Origin: Macrostomum lignano
Taxonomy: Eukaryota
NCBI GenBank assembly: GCA_002269645.1
Contig: NIVC01002163.1
Span: 1 to 64,000 of the forward strand
DNA: 64,000 nt
Direction: 5' to 3'
How positions within the stretch are numbered: position 1 is the first letter of the stretch; each line of letters starts with the position of its first letter. The translations under genes and the position numbers were made by a program. Below the pieces are notes generated by a model that saw only the letters and a program-made list of their open reading frames with translations, did not search any database and was not told the origin of the DNA. Shown here one piece after another: positions 22,601-34,013 of this stretch.

Positions 22601-25600
22601 GATAACGCCGCAGGTGGGGCACTCTAGCACGTAGCCGGACCAGGCGTACTTGGCCAGGCCAAACAGGCCAGACTCGCCGCGGCCGCTCAGCTGAAAGAAA
22701 TGAACCGGCTTCGGGATCTATTGCCTGCACAATTTGGCCGCTTGCCAAGCCATTCTGAAATCCGCAAATTCTCATGACTGGCATCTGCTAATCCCGCAGT
22801 GCACTAATTCTCATGCAGTCTGGCGATAATCTCGCAGTGCACTTATTCTCATGACTGTCTGGTATCTGCTAATGCCGCAGTGCACTAATTCTCACGCAGT
22901 CTGGGGATAATCTCGCAGTGCACTTATTCTCATGACTGTCTGGTATCTGCTAATGCCGCAGTGCACTAATTCTCACGCAGTCTGGGGATAATCTCGCAGT
23001 GCACTTATTCTCATGACTGTCTGGTATCTGCTAATGCCGCAGTGCACTAATTCTCACGCAGTCTGGGGATAATCTCGCAGTGCACTTATTCTCATGACTG
23101 TCTGGTATCTGCTAATGCCGCAGTGCACTAATTCTCATGCAGTCAGGCGATAATCCCGCAGTGCACTTATTCTCATTCAGTCTAGCATTATCTGAGCTTT
23201 GTTAATTTTCAACACACCTGATAAGCCACATCATTCCGCTGCCCTCTAAGATAGCAGGTCTCGCACAGGAACACTTTGTTATCCCGTTCGGCTGTGTAGC
23301 GGCAGTTCGAATCCGGCGGCGCCAGGTGACCGCGACCCCCAGCCGAGCCGTGGTTCATGCTGAGGGTGCACTTGGCCTGGCAGCACACGCACCGGCTGCC
23401 GCAGGTGAAATACTCGTCAGGGAAGACGCTCCTACGCAGATCGGATATCTGGCCGGAGAATTTCTCGTTTAGAGCGCGCAGCATGCCGTAGATGACTCTG
23501 ATGGGACGGGGCGAGCGAATTTCGTTAGAGTGCAGCGCCCGGTGCAGGCGCTTGCGCAACGGCTCGAAATTGGTCGGCTGGCCGGGGGAGCTGCGAATGC
23601 CGACGTAAATCAGTTTGGCGTAGGCGCACGACTTGCCAGTAGAGCTCAGTCGCTCGAATCTGTCGCACAAGTCCTGCGCGAGAAGAGTGTTTTATACGTG
23701 GGGCAAACTGAACACGGTACTCTAAGTAGAATAATTGGAAGCTTTAGTTTTTGTAGCGAATTAGCAACGATTGGGTCTCCAGGGAGCACGGCAATTTACT
23801 GACTGCCAATGATTTAGATTAGAGTTTAAGGTAGGGTTAAGGCTAGGGTCTAAGATGGGTTCGGGTTAGGGTTTAGGAATGCTGCTTTGGGATATAGACT
23901 ATAGAATAGGCTTAGTCAAAGGTTTAGTCAGTCAGTCAGTCAGTCAGTGAGCGGGTGAGTGAGTCAGTCAGTGAGTCAGTCAGTCAGTGAGCCAGCTCAT
24001 ACCTGATCGCCGCCAGCCAGAGTCTCGGTGTGATGCGTCTCGTGGAACACGATCGCTTTAAGCCCGAAACGCGACAGTGGCGCAATGTTGCCCGAATCCT
24101 CTTTGGGAATGGCTTTGACCAGCTCGTCTTTAAAGTGCTCAGTGTAGGAACGGCTGGCGTCCCCCAGAAACAGGAACATGTCGTTCTGCAGCCGGTCGGC
24201 CTTGATGCGGTACAGGATTATGTCGCTGATGGCCAGGATCTGCGGCAGCGGCGAGTGGGAGATCTTAACAATGACAGCCACCTCGGTAAATCTGCCACTA
24301 CACCAGCTCTAACTGTAGAATCTGCCACTACACCAGCCCTAACTGTAGAATCTGCCACTACACCAGCCCTAACTGTAGAATCTGCCACTACACCAGCCCC
24401 AACTGTAGAATCTGCCTTTGCCACTACACCAGCCCCAACTGTAGAATCTGCCTTGGCCACTACACCAGCACCAACTGTAGAATCTGCCACTACACGAGCC
24501 CTAACTGTAGAATCTGCCACTACACCAGCCCTAACTGTAGAATCTGCCACTACACCAGCCCCAACTGTAGAATCTGCCTTTGCCACTACACCAGCCCCAA
24601 CTGTAGAATCTGCCTTGGCCACTACACCAGCACCAACTGTAGAATCTGCCACTACACGAGCCCTAACTGTAGAATCTGCCACTACACCAGCCCTAACTGT
24701 AGAATCTGCCACTACACCAGCCCTAACTGTAGAATCTGCCACTACACCAGCCCCAACTGTAGAATCTGCCTTGGCCACTACACCAGCACCAACTGTAGAA
24801 TCTGCCACTACACGAGCCCTAACTGTAGAATCTGCCACTACACCAGCCCCAACTGTAGAATCTGCCACTACACCAGCCCCAACTGTAGAATCTGCCTTTG
24901 CCACTACACCAACCCTAACTGTAGAATCTGCCACTACACCAGCCCCAACTGTAGAATCTGCCTTTGCCACTACACCAACCCTAACTGTAGAATCTGCCAC
25001 TACACCAGCCCCAACTGTAGAATCTGCCTTTGCCACTACTCCAACCCTAACTGTAGAATCTGCCACTACTCCAACCCTAACTGTAGAATCTGCCACTACA
25101 CCAGCCTCAACTGTAGAATCTGCCACTACACCAGCCCAAACTGTAGAATCTGCCACTACACCAGCCTCAACTGTAGAATCTGCCACTACACCAACCCTAA
25201 CTGTAGAATCTGCCACTACACCAACCCTAACTGTAGAATCTGCCACTACACCAACCCTAACTGTAGAATCTGCCACTACACCAACCCTAACTGTAGAATC
25301 TGCCACTACACCAACCCTAACTGTAGAATCTGCCACTACACCAACCCTAACTGTAGAATCTGCCACTACACCAACCCTAACTGTAGAATCTGCCACTACA
25401 CCAACCCTAACTGTAGAATCTGCCACTACACCAACCCTAACTGTAGAATCTGCCACTACACCAACCCTAACTGTAGAATCTGCCACTACACCAACCCTAA
25501 CTGTAGAATCTGCCACTACACCAACCCTAACTGTAGAATCTGCCACTACACCAGCCTCAACTGTAGAATCTGCCACTACACCAGCCTCAACTGTAGAATC

Positions 25601-26153
25601 TGCCACTACACCAGCCTCAACTGTAGAATCTGCCACTACACCAGCCTCAACTGTAGAATCTGCCACTACACCAGCCCTAACTGTCCATCAAGTCCCCTAC
25701 CCTCCATCATAAAATATGTGAGCTGTCTCTCTCCTTTATCACCTTGAGCAGCAGTCGGGTGCGCTGATTCTCATTAGAAGTCTCTCCCTGCAGACCCTCG
25801 GTGTCCAGCACCAGAGCCCGACTCTGACTGTCCAGCGCGGCCCAGACCCCAACCGTGCAGCTCTCCGGCCTGGCCGACGTGGCAAATACCGGCCTGCCGT
25901 CGAAGAAGGCATGATTCAGCGTATGCGATTTGCCGTCACCGGTCTTGCCAAATATGGAAACCACTTTGACTGGCGTGTCCGGCCGGCAGTTGAGTCGCTG
26001 GCACAGTTCGTCCGCCGAGCTGCACTGCAGTTCCTCGTCGCAGTTGATCAGTAGGGTGGACTCAATGGCTGGGTGCTCGGCGATGTCTTTCTCAACTGGC
26101 CGAGTGTCGTTCAGGCTGAGGCTGTCCATGCCAGTGTCAAGGCCGCTGCTCAT
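19662..26153 (-). CDS. ZFYVE1: Double FYVE-containing protein 1 (DFCP1), 6 exons, about 647 aa
   Basis: Exons 26153-25743, 24239-24003, 23673-23218, 22690-22409, 20936-20736 and 20018-19662 total 1944 nt, all phase 0 and GT-AG. P-loop VVSIFGKTGDGKSHTLNH, DTEGL, FPDEYFTC, LAKYAWSGYVLECP, and two FYVE domains (KHHCRSCG, IHHCRRCG). Start codon is inferred. Confidence 0.95.
20141..20690. repeat. 24-bp minisatellite ATCCCATCTGAT(G/C)TGTCAATTATG
   Basis: About 22 copies in ZFYVE1 intron 5. Confidence 0.95.
21130..22395. repeat. Compound GTGTCAGA-based minisatellite with higher-order duplication
   Basis: Fills ZFYVE1 intron 4. The ORF track shows identical peptides at 21244 and 21626 (382-bp higher-order unit). 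Confidence 0.95.
22774..23180. repeat. 81-bp tandem repeat (two ~40-bp subunits)
   Basis: GGTATCTGCTAATGCCGCAGTGCAC recurs at 22861 and 22942 and twice more at the same spacing, in ZFYVE1 intron 3. Confidence 0.9.
24288..25684. repeat. 30-bp minisatellite CTGTAGAATCTGCCACTACACCA(A/G)CCC(T/C)AA, about 45 copies
   Basis: Fills ZFYVE1 intron 1 and includes some 36-bp variant units. Confidence 0.98.
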
Positions 26154-26189
26154 CTCCGCGACTGTCAGGGCTGAAGAAATATAAACATG

Positions 26190-26221
26190 GTCACGTGACA
26201 GCTGTTTTGCCCAATAGCGAC
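26190..26221. promoter_or_regulatory. Candidate CLEAR/E-box + CCAAT composite upstream of ZFYVE1
   Basis: GTCACGTGAC (26190-26199), then 11 nt, then CCAATAGCGAC (26211-26221). Lies about 37 nt upstream of the inferred ATG. Confidence 0.6.
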
Positions 26222-26799
26222 ACAACTTCGAGTGTTAACAATCGAAGGGGTGCAGTTTTAATATGAAAAATATTAGTATTTATTTACTTAAAAGAGTCCA
26301 GGGAAGATTAATGTGCATTGGTGGGCTAAAGCTAGAAGCTAGAAGCTAAATTCAGGTATTTAGAGTTAGAATCTGACATTTAGAATTAGCATAATTCTAA
26401 AATAAATTAGGATGCTAACATGCAAGACAAGAATCAAAAGGTGCAAACTTTTTTGCTGCACTTTTTCATTTAGTCTGGCACAAATTAACTTCTGACTATA
26501 ATAGGACTTATATCCAAAATGTCATTCTAGTGTGTACCTTCCACTTTTGGTGTAAGACCAAGATGGCCACACATTGGATCTCTATCAATCTAGGCCTCTC
26601 TCTCTACCATCAATTAGAAACTTAATAGTTATTGGTATATTAATTATTATATAACATGTTATAAATCAATTATATTCATAAAAAACTGATAATAATAGGA
26701 TTGACCCTATCAATTCTATCACTATCAGTTTATTAGGAAACAATTGCTACAAGTAAAGTTATGTAAAAAATTGGATAAATACAGGGCCTATTTCAAGAA

Positions 26800-28260
26800 G
26801 ATTTCAAGAAGAGAGGATAAAGAGATGATAGAAAAGACAGTAGATATGAGAGATAAGAGATTAAAGATGACCAAGGGGAGAGAAGAGAAGAGTGACGCAG
26901 GAATAATGAAGAGGAGGAGCAAAGAGAAGAGAATATAGAGGGAAAAAAGGAGGGGAAAGAGGAAAAATGAGAGAGCAAAGGAAGGAGGAAAGATGAGAAG
27001 AGAGAGGAGGGATAAGAGAATATAGAGAGAGAGAAGAGACAGGAAAGATGAGACAAGAGATGGTAGAGAGAAGAGAGGAAAGATGAGAGATGAAAAAGAA
27101 GAGGGTAAGAGAGAAAATAGGAGTATGATAAATGAGAGCAAAGAGGAGAGACAAGAGAGAAAAGAGAAGCGAGAGAAAAGAGAAGCAATAGATAAGCGAG
27201 TAGAGATGAGAGATGAGAGAAGAGAAGAGACAAAAGAGAATAAATCGAGAAGACAGGAGAGAAGAGATAAGAGAGAAGAAGAGAGAGAAAGAGGCTAGAA
27301 GAGAAGGGAGAGAGGAGAGAGATGAGAAAAGAAATGAGAGAGCAAAGGGAAAGATGAGAGAATAGAGATGAGAAAATAGAGATGAGAATGCAGAGATGAG
27401 AGAGGAGATAAGAGCAAAGAGCAGAGAGAAGAGATTAGATAAAGGAGCAAAGAGGAGAGAGGAGACAGGAGAGAGTCTCAGCCTAGACAAAAGCAGTCAA
27501 TTTTTGTAAACAGGGAAAACATGCTATGATATTTCAGAGGTTTTATGGAGGATTTGGAAGATTTAGAAGATTTTTGACATATACCCAGACAAGTAAAAAG
27601 CATATTTTTATAGATTTCAGTTTCATAGTCTTGATTGACTGAAATTTGAGAGATAATATTTTTTTAATTGATAGATTATAGATTGAAGGAGATAGTACAT
27701 GCTAGATTATAATTTAATGGAGAGGATTTTGATGATATCTGCTTCATAAAGAGGATAAAATGGCTAAATGAAAGGGAATAAAGAAAAGAAAAAAGGAAAG
27801 AGTAGATAAAAGATTAGATGAAAGAGAATATGAAAAGAGAGAATTAAAAGGGATAGATTAGAGAAAAAAGAGAATAAAGGCAAGAGAAGAGATGAGAGCA
27901 TTGAGAAGAGGGGGGAGAGGGGGTAAGAGAGGAGAAACAGGAGACAGAGGGAGTAGAGCTACAAGACAAGAGAGAAGAAATAAATGAGTAGAGATGAGGA
28001 AAGAAAAGCAAGAGGATAAAGGAGAGAGGAGAGGAGAGAAAGTAGAGAGATGAGAGAGCAGAGAGGAGATAAAAAAGAAAAGAGAGGAAAAAGTAGAGGA
28101 GAAAGTAATGAGGAGAAAGAAGAGAGTAGAGATGAGAGATGAGAGAGCAAAGAGGAGAGAAGAGATAGATAAGAGTCTTAGTCTAGATGATGGCAGGCAA
28201 TCAATTTTTGCAAACAGATAAAACAACATGGTTATTGAAAGGTTAATAGAGGATTTGGAT
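26800..28260. repeat. Degenerate AG-rich low-complexity tract, diverged ~700-bp tandem duplication
   Basis: Purine-rich plus strand. Similar unique tails (CAATTTTTG(T/C)AAACAG...GAGGATTTGGA) at about 27497 and 28202. Confidence 0.75.
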
Positions 28261-30015
28261 AATGGGATTCATGTCATTGGATTCAGCTGATGGATTTCAA
28301 GGAATGAAATTCTGGCAATGGGAGTTCTATCCCCTTACTCTGCCAATGGAGGAGTTGGCCTTGTATAGGGCCTAGGCCCTACTATATAGCCATTATAATA
28401 TTGTTATTTATTTAAAAAAATTATTTTTTTATTTATAAGGCCTAGGCCCTAATCCAACAATTTATAATATAATATAGTTATAATATAAATAATAAGGCAA
28501 ACTGAAAATCATTATGCCTAGGCCTAACAATCAATTAGACAAGGATTAGTATATTGTCTATATATAAGAAAATATGCTATAATCTAGATAGGCCTGGTTA
28601 GATTAGGCCCCCCTAGTTAGATCTTCATTGTTAAATTTAAAGTAATTAGGCCTAATTAATATCACCTTTAATTCAGGGGTCAGATAGGGCCCATAGATAA
28701 AAGCAACTAGGCTATACTGCTAAGATGAAAGTAGATCAGGCCTAGAATAAATTTATTTAAAAAAAATTATTTATTATTTATAAGGCCTAGGCCTTATCAA
28801 CCCAATTATTTAGGCCTAGCTATAAAACTAGGCCTAGGGCCTAGGCCCCTTTAAATTTAGTCTATCATTTACTAGCTTATAAATATAGCTATTGCTATGT
28901 CATTTCATAATCAGACTAGGCCTAGGCCTACTTATTACTTGTAGACATAGACCTGGTAGGCAGGCCCTAAGTAAATTCTAATACAGGTAAAGGCCCTAGC
29001 CCTAGCCCCTAGGCCAGGGCCTAGGCAGCTAGGCTTAATTAAACTAGAACATGCAATTAAGGCCTATATTAGTTTTTTGTTTGCCCTAGTAGGCCTACTA
29101 AATATACTTGAGTCTTGACAATTAATAGCATTAGGAGTCAGGACTAGGTATTATAGGCAGGCCTAGCTATTGTGCTGCCCCATCCATAGTCTAGACTAGA
29201 GGCTAGAGGCCTAGAGCTAGAGGCTCATTCCATATAAGCATGGTCGTAACATGACAGGTTATTTTTACTTATAAAATGAAATCTAATAATAGATTATACT
29301 AAACCAATATTTCAAATGAAAGATTATTTTGTCTAGAATATATTTATAGAGTTTCATATAGATATCATCATTAGTATAGATGCTATTAAACCTTAAATGA
29401 CACTTATGGTCGTAACAACAGGATTTTTGACATACCCAGTGGGAAATTCTGGTACGCCCAAGGGTGCGCAGACCGCGGCGCCCGGTGGCCTGTGGCCGGT
29501 AGCGGGGCGTACTCTTTGTCCAGTCGGGGCGCCGGCCTTATACCCGGCGCCCGGTGGACTGCCCAATAAATTAAGGCAAGAATTGGTTTACTCTACTAAC
29601 AGTAGTATGCAGGGCTTTTATTGATATATTTTGCTCTGGCAGCAGCCTAGCTTTCTGGTTGTTTCAAAATTGAATTTATTTCCAAATAATTTTCAGAGCT
29701 ATCTGATTTTTTTAAGCAATTGTCTCTTCCATTATAAATTTAAACAACCTTGCTGCTACCTGCTTACGAAGTTTGCCTTTTGTGAATTTTTTTGCAGTTT
29801 TTTAGAAAATTAGTTTGAGTCTATGAATGAAATCGAATAAGAAACTTAAATGTAATGAAATTTGAATTTATTTAGCGAAGTTAAATGGAACTGATATTAA
29901 AACACAATATTAGAACGAAAAATAGTTAAGTTTTTGGCAACAAAGGTGTTGAAAGAATGTCAGTTTTAAAATCATTTTGTGACAGCATTTACTCGTAAAA
30001 TACGTGCTCTCATAA

Positions 30016-33000
30016 TTAGAAGATTTTAAATTGTCCATCATCCAGCTCTCGCTGATCTTCGGACCAGTTTGATCCACTTGATTCGGTTTCGTCATCAGAT
30101 TCGAGAGAGCAGTCAGTGCGGTAGTTGGTTTTCGACTTTGCTGAACGGGGGCGATGGTTGTTCCGCTTTCGAGGCTGAGAATCCAACTGAATACTCGCTC
30201 GCTTTCTGGATTGGGAGCTCGGCTTTGCTGTCGCCGCTGGCGGCACTTCTCCCGCTGATAGTCGCGATGGTGTCTGTGACATTGGAAAGAAAACAAAAAA
30301 TTACTGCATGCACATTTTATCTTACTGACAGTAGTATTTAATGCTTAGCAATCATCGTATTCATCGTTCATTATTCAGTTTAGATACGTTTTTACTCACT
30401 AGGGAAAAAGAAGATGAATGGCTGTGTCTTTGCACGGCGCTGCCAGAAGCGGGGCTTGGAGTCGCTGCCACAGAGACTGTCTTTGCACGGCGCTGCCAGA
30501 AGCGGGACTTTGAGTCGCTGCCACCAGAGACTGTCTTTGCACGGCGCTGCCAGAAGCGGGACTTTGAGTCGCTGCCACCAGAGATCGTCTTTGCACAGCG
30601 CTGCCAGAAGCGGGACTTTGAGTCGCTGCCACCAAAGACCGTCTTTGCACGGCGCTGCCAGGAGCGGGACTTTGAGTCGCTACCACCAGAGATCGTCTTT
30701 GCACGGCGCTGCCAGGAGCGGGACTTTGAGTCGCTGCCACCAGAGATCGTCTTTGCACAGCGCTGCCAGAAGCGGGACTTTGAGTCGCTGCCACCAGAGA
30801 TCGTCTTTGCACAGCGCTGCCAGAAGCGGGACTTTGAGTCGCTGCCACCAAAGACCGTCTTTGCACGGCGCTGCCAGAAGCGGGGCTTGGAGTCGCTGCC
30901 ACCAGAGACTGTCTTTGTACGGCGCTGCCAGAAGCGGGACTTTGAGTCGCTGCCACCAGAGACTGTCTTTGTACGGCGCTGCCAGAAGCGGGGCTTGGAG
31001 TCGCTGCCACCAGAGACTGTCTTTGTACGGCGCTGCCAGAAGCGGGGCTTGGAGTCTGGACTCCGGAAAGCAGCTGGCTTCCTGTGCGATGCGACCAGAG
31101 ATCGTCTTTGCACAGCGCTGCCAGAAGCGGGACTTTGAGTCGCTGCCACCAAAGACCGTCTTTGCACGGCGCTGCCAGGAGCGGGACTTTGAGTCGCTAC
31201 CACCAGAGATCGTCTTTGCACGGCGCTGCCAGGAGCGGGACTTTGAGTCGCTGCCACCAGAGATCGTCTTTGCACAGCGCTGCCAGAAGCGGGACTTTGA
31301 GTCGCTGCCACCAGAGATCGTCTTTGCACAGCGCTGCCAGAAGCGGGACTTTGAGTCGCTGCCACCAAAGACCGTCTTTGCACGGCGCTGCCAGAAGCGG
31401 GGCTTGGAGTCGCTGCCACCAGAGACTGTCTTTGTACGGCGCTGCCAGAAGCGGGACTTTGAGTCGCTGCCACCAGAGACTGTCTTTGTACGGCGCTGCC
31501 AGAAGCGGGGCTTGGAGTCGCTGCCACCAGAGACTGTCTTTGTACGGCGCTGCCAGAAGCGGGGCTTGGAGTCGCTGCCACCAGAGACTGTCTTTGTACG
31601 GTGCTGTCAGAAGCGGGGCTTTGAGTCTGGACTCCGGAAAGCAGCTGGCTTCCTGTGCGATGCGACCGCCCCTTTAATCGGTCACCGCCATGCTTTAGCT
31701 GCTGTCTGCAAGTATTTCTTACAGATTGTTCAGAGGGCCTGCCGGCTTCAGCGGTCGCGCCATAGATGAATGTGATTGCTTCTGTTAGGAAAAAAGTTGA
31801 AAGTTACTATGAATAGCATGCACTGTGCTCGACTAATTTCTTGATATTTAGCTCTAAAAGTCTCATTGAACGTTGATTAAGTAGACTTACTTTGGAAATG
31901 GCTGAGCAGAGTGCTCTGAAATCCAAGCTGCGCATCAGCAAGGTTGGTCGCAACTCCAGCAGCAACAGCTCAGCTTCGCATGTCTGACCCGATTAAATTA
32001 ATAACCGCCTGCATCTCTTTCGACAAGCTCTCGTTAAGCATTGCCATTAAAGCATCGGACCACTTGTCTCGCTTGCATGAACGTAGCAGGCTCTTCTGTT
32101 TAGATTTTTACAGGTGAGAATACTTATAGATTATTATTTCAGTGATAGTACTAGTGCGCTTTGAGTAGTAGTTAGAGCATTTCTTCTAATGAAAAGAAAA
32201 TAAAAAACTCTGTCATGAACTTACCAAAGTAGAAATATGTTCATTTGGACTGGAAGCGAATTGCACATATTTTTCCCAGGAGTTGATCGGCCAGAATGAA
32301 GGCTCAGAATTATCAGTTGGAATGTCAGCGCCAACCGGTTCCAAAAAGCGTAGCACGCTCTGCACTTCAGTGCGCATTGCGGTGATTTGTTTGGTCAAAC
32401 TATTTTCTAATGCTTTCAATTAATTCTTGCGCATAGTAAGTTCGCGTAGGGCATATAAGGACAGAAACTTGATGCCTCTTGGACTTTCCAGCTCAAAGCT
32501 AACACCGGCTTGGATATGCTCTTCTAGTTTTCTAAGAAAGCCAGAACCAAAATTAAAAGATGAAATGGTGGGAGGCGACTTAGGAATCGTCGATCGATCA
32601 TCTGCTACGAACTCAGCTTCTATTTCAGCTTCCGCCTCAGCTTCCACCTCAGCTCCCATCTCAGCTTCCACCTCAGCTTCCGCCTCAGCTTCCGCCTCAG
32701 CTCCCATCTCAGCTTCCACCTCATCTTCCGCTTCAGCTTCCGCCTCAGCTTCCACTTCAGCTTCCGCCTCAGCTTCCACTTCAGCTTCCGCCTCAGCTTC
32801 CACCTCATCTTCCACTTCAGCTTCCACCTCAGCTTCCACCTCAGCTTCCACCTCAGCTTCCACTTCAGCTTCCGCCTCAGCTTCCATATCGGCGTCTACG
32901 CCAGCTTCTGCTTCATCATCACTAATAGGAGGCATTGGCGCTAACTGTGCAATCGTAGGCGGATGTTGTTTAGGCAGCAAAGCTGGAGGTTGCAAACAGC

Positions 33001-33649
33001 GGCTGCTCTTATCTTCGAAGATTGCCTCGGAATCGGTGGCTGAGCCGTCTGACAGATTCTGTTTGGGATGGTTACGGCATGAGAAATTATCAAGTTAATG
33101 TCAGTTTTAAAGATTATTTTCACATTTAATTTCTTCCCTTTTCTTAAAAATTAGTTTAAAAGGTAAAACGGAGAAAACAAAGTTCTCGATAAAAATTATA
33201 TGGGCTGTGCTTAATTTTACCTTAGTCTGGTAATGCCTTCGTGCTTTCTTCATGTCACGCTCCTGAAAGACTCTGGGTTGAACCAACTCGAGAATTCGGT
33301 TCAGTCGGGTCTTTTTGGCCACCAATTCACGCACAAAGCGGAAGCTCCCAGGCTCTAGGTTGTTGCTTAGTATTACCTTTAAATTAATGAGAAAATATGA
33401 GCGTACAAATATTAGATCGATTCAAGAATTTTAACATTTCAATCGTTGGGATCGGTTGCTTACCTGAATAATTAGAGCAGAGTAAAAACAGCCTTCATAC
33501 AAGGCTTCACACTTCCACTTCTCAGTGGAGTCCCTCTTTTCTAACCATTCCTCTTCCTTAAGGTTTTGAAAGCCTTCAGGAAGCTTCACTTCGCTTTCCG
33601 AGACCTCAACAATTTGACGGTCGTCTTTAAAGATCACTAAAAACTTCAT
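30016..33649 (-). CDS. CACTA accessory gene (DUF4806-like), multi-exon, one in-frame stop
   Basis: Putative exons 33649-33464, 33376-33221, 33058-32225, ~32095-31893 (possible ~60-nt intron), 31781-30400 and 30273-30016. Contains an (EAE)n acidic tract, a coiled coil, WPINSWEKY and [12 protein letters not shown] (resembles the DUF4806-associated C-terminal motif). TAA at 32420-32422 lies within a continuous frame. Confidence 0.55.
30423..31672. repeat. 54-bp tandem array with ~520-bp higher-order duplication
   Basis: About 21 copies of the unit GCGGGGCTTGGAGTCGCTGCCACCAGAGACTGTCTTTGTACGGCGCTGCCAGAA. Confidence 0.95.
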
Positions 33650-34013
33650 TGTAGCATGCAGACTAGACTATGCTAGTGCAAAACTGAGTACCAAATAAAG
33701 CAAGAGTTTGGAGCTCACACTATAGTTTATGCTTATTTAATGATTCAGTGGTTTAGGTTGCTTCTAGAAGCAATTGTCTTCTATAGTTCTTCGAATGAAA
33801 AAGGCCGCCCTGGCTTTTCCAATTTCATTGGCCCTACCGTCCCCGCATCCATACCTGTCCAATCAGCGCGCACAAACCCCCAAAGGAATAGTTTTCAATT
33901 CTTCCCAGCTTTTGTTCATATCCTTTCTTTAATACGAAATAAGCAATCGTAGTAATTACTTTATTATTATTACAACAGTCAACTATCATCAAAGTCTGAT
34001 TCGGACGAAAACA

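Noticed and set aside
23815-23880. Telomere-like TTAGGG/TTAAGG run in ZFYVE1 intron 2
   Set aside because: It is only about 60 bp, highly degenerate and followed by (AGTC)n, so it is best treated as simple sequence.
16930-25684. CRISPR-like appearance of regular repeats
   Set aside because: The units are contiguous with no unique spacers, there are no cas genes, and the context is eukaryotic with spliced genes.
24030-25712. 560-aa mucin-like (TVESATTP) and 482-aa antisense ORFs
   Set aside because: A stop-free 30-bp repeat inside a GT-AG intron of ZFYVE1, with no signal peptide or independent gene structure.
26788-28229. Leu/Ser/Phe-rich 'membrane protein' ORFs
   Set aside because: They are translations of CT/AG low-complexity DNA.
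30341-31769. Plus-strand 265, 451 and 197 aa Cys/Arg-rich repeat ORFs
   Set aside because: They are antisense readings of the 54-bp array. Splice signals and flanking coding context support the minus strand.
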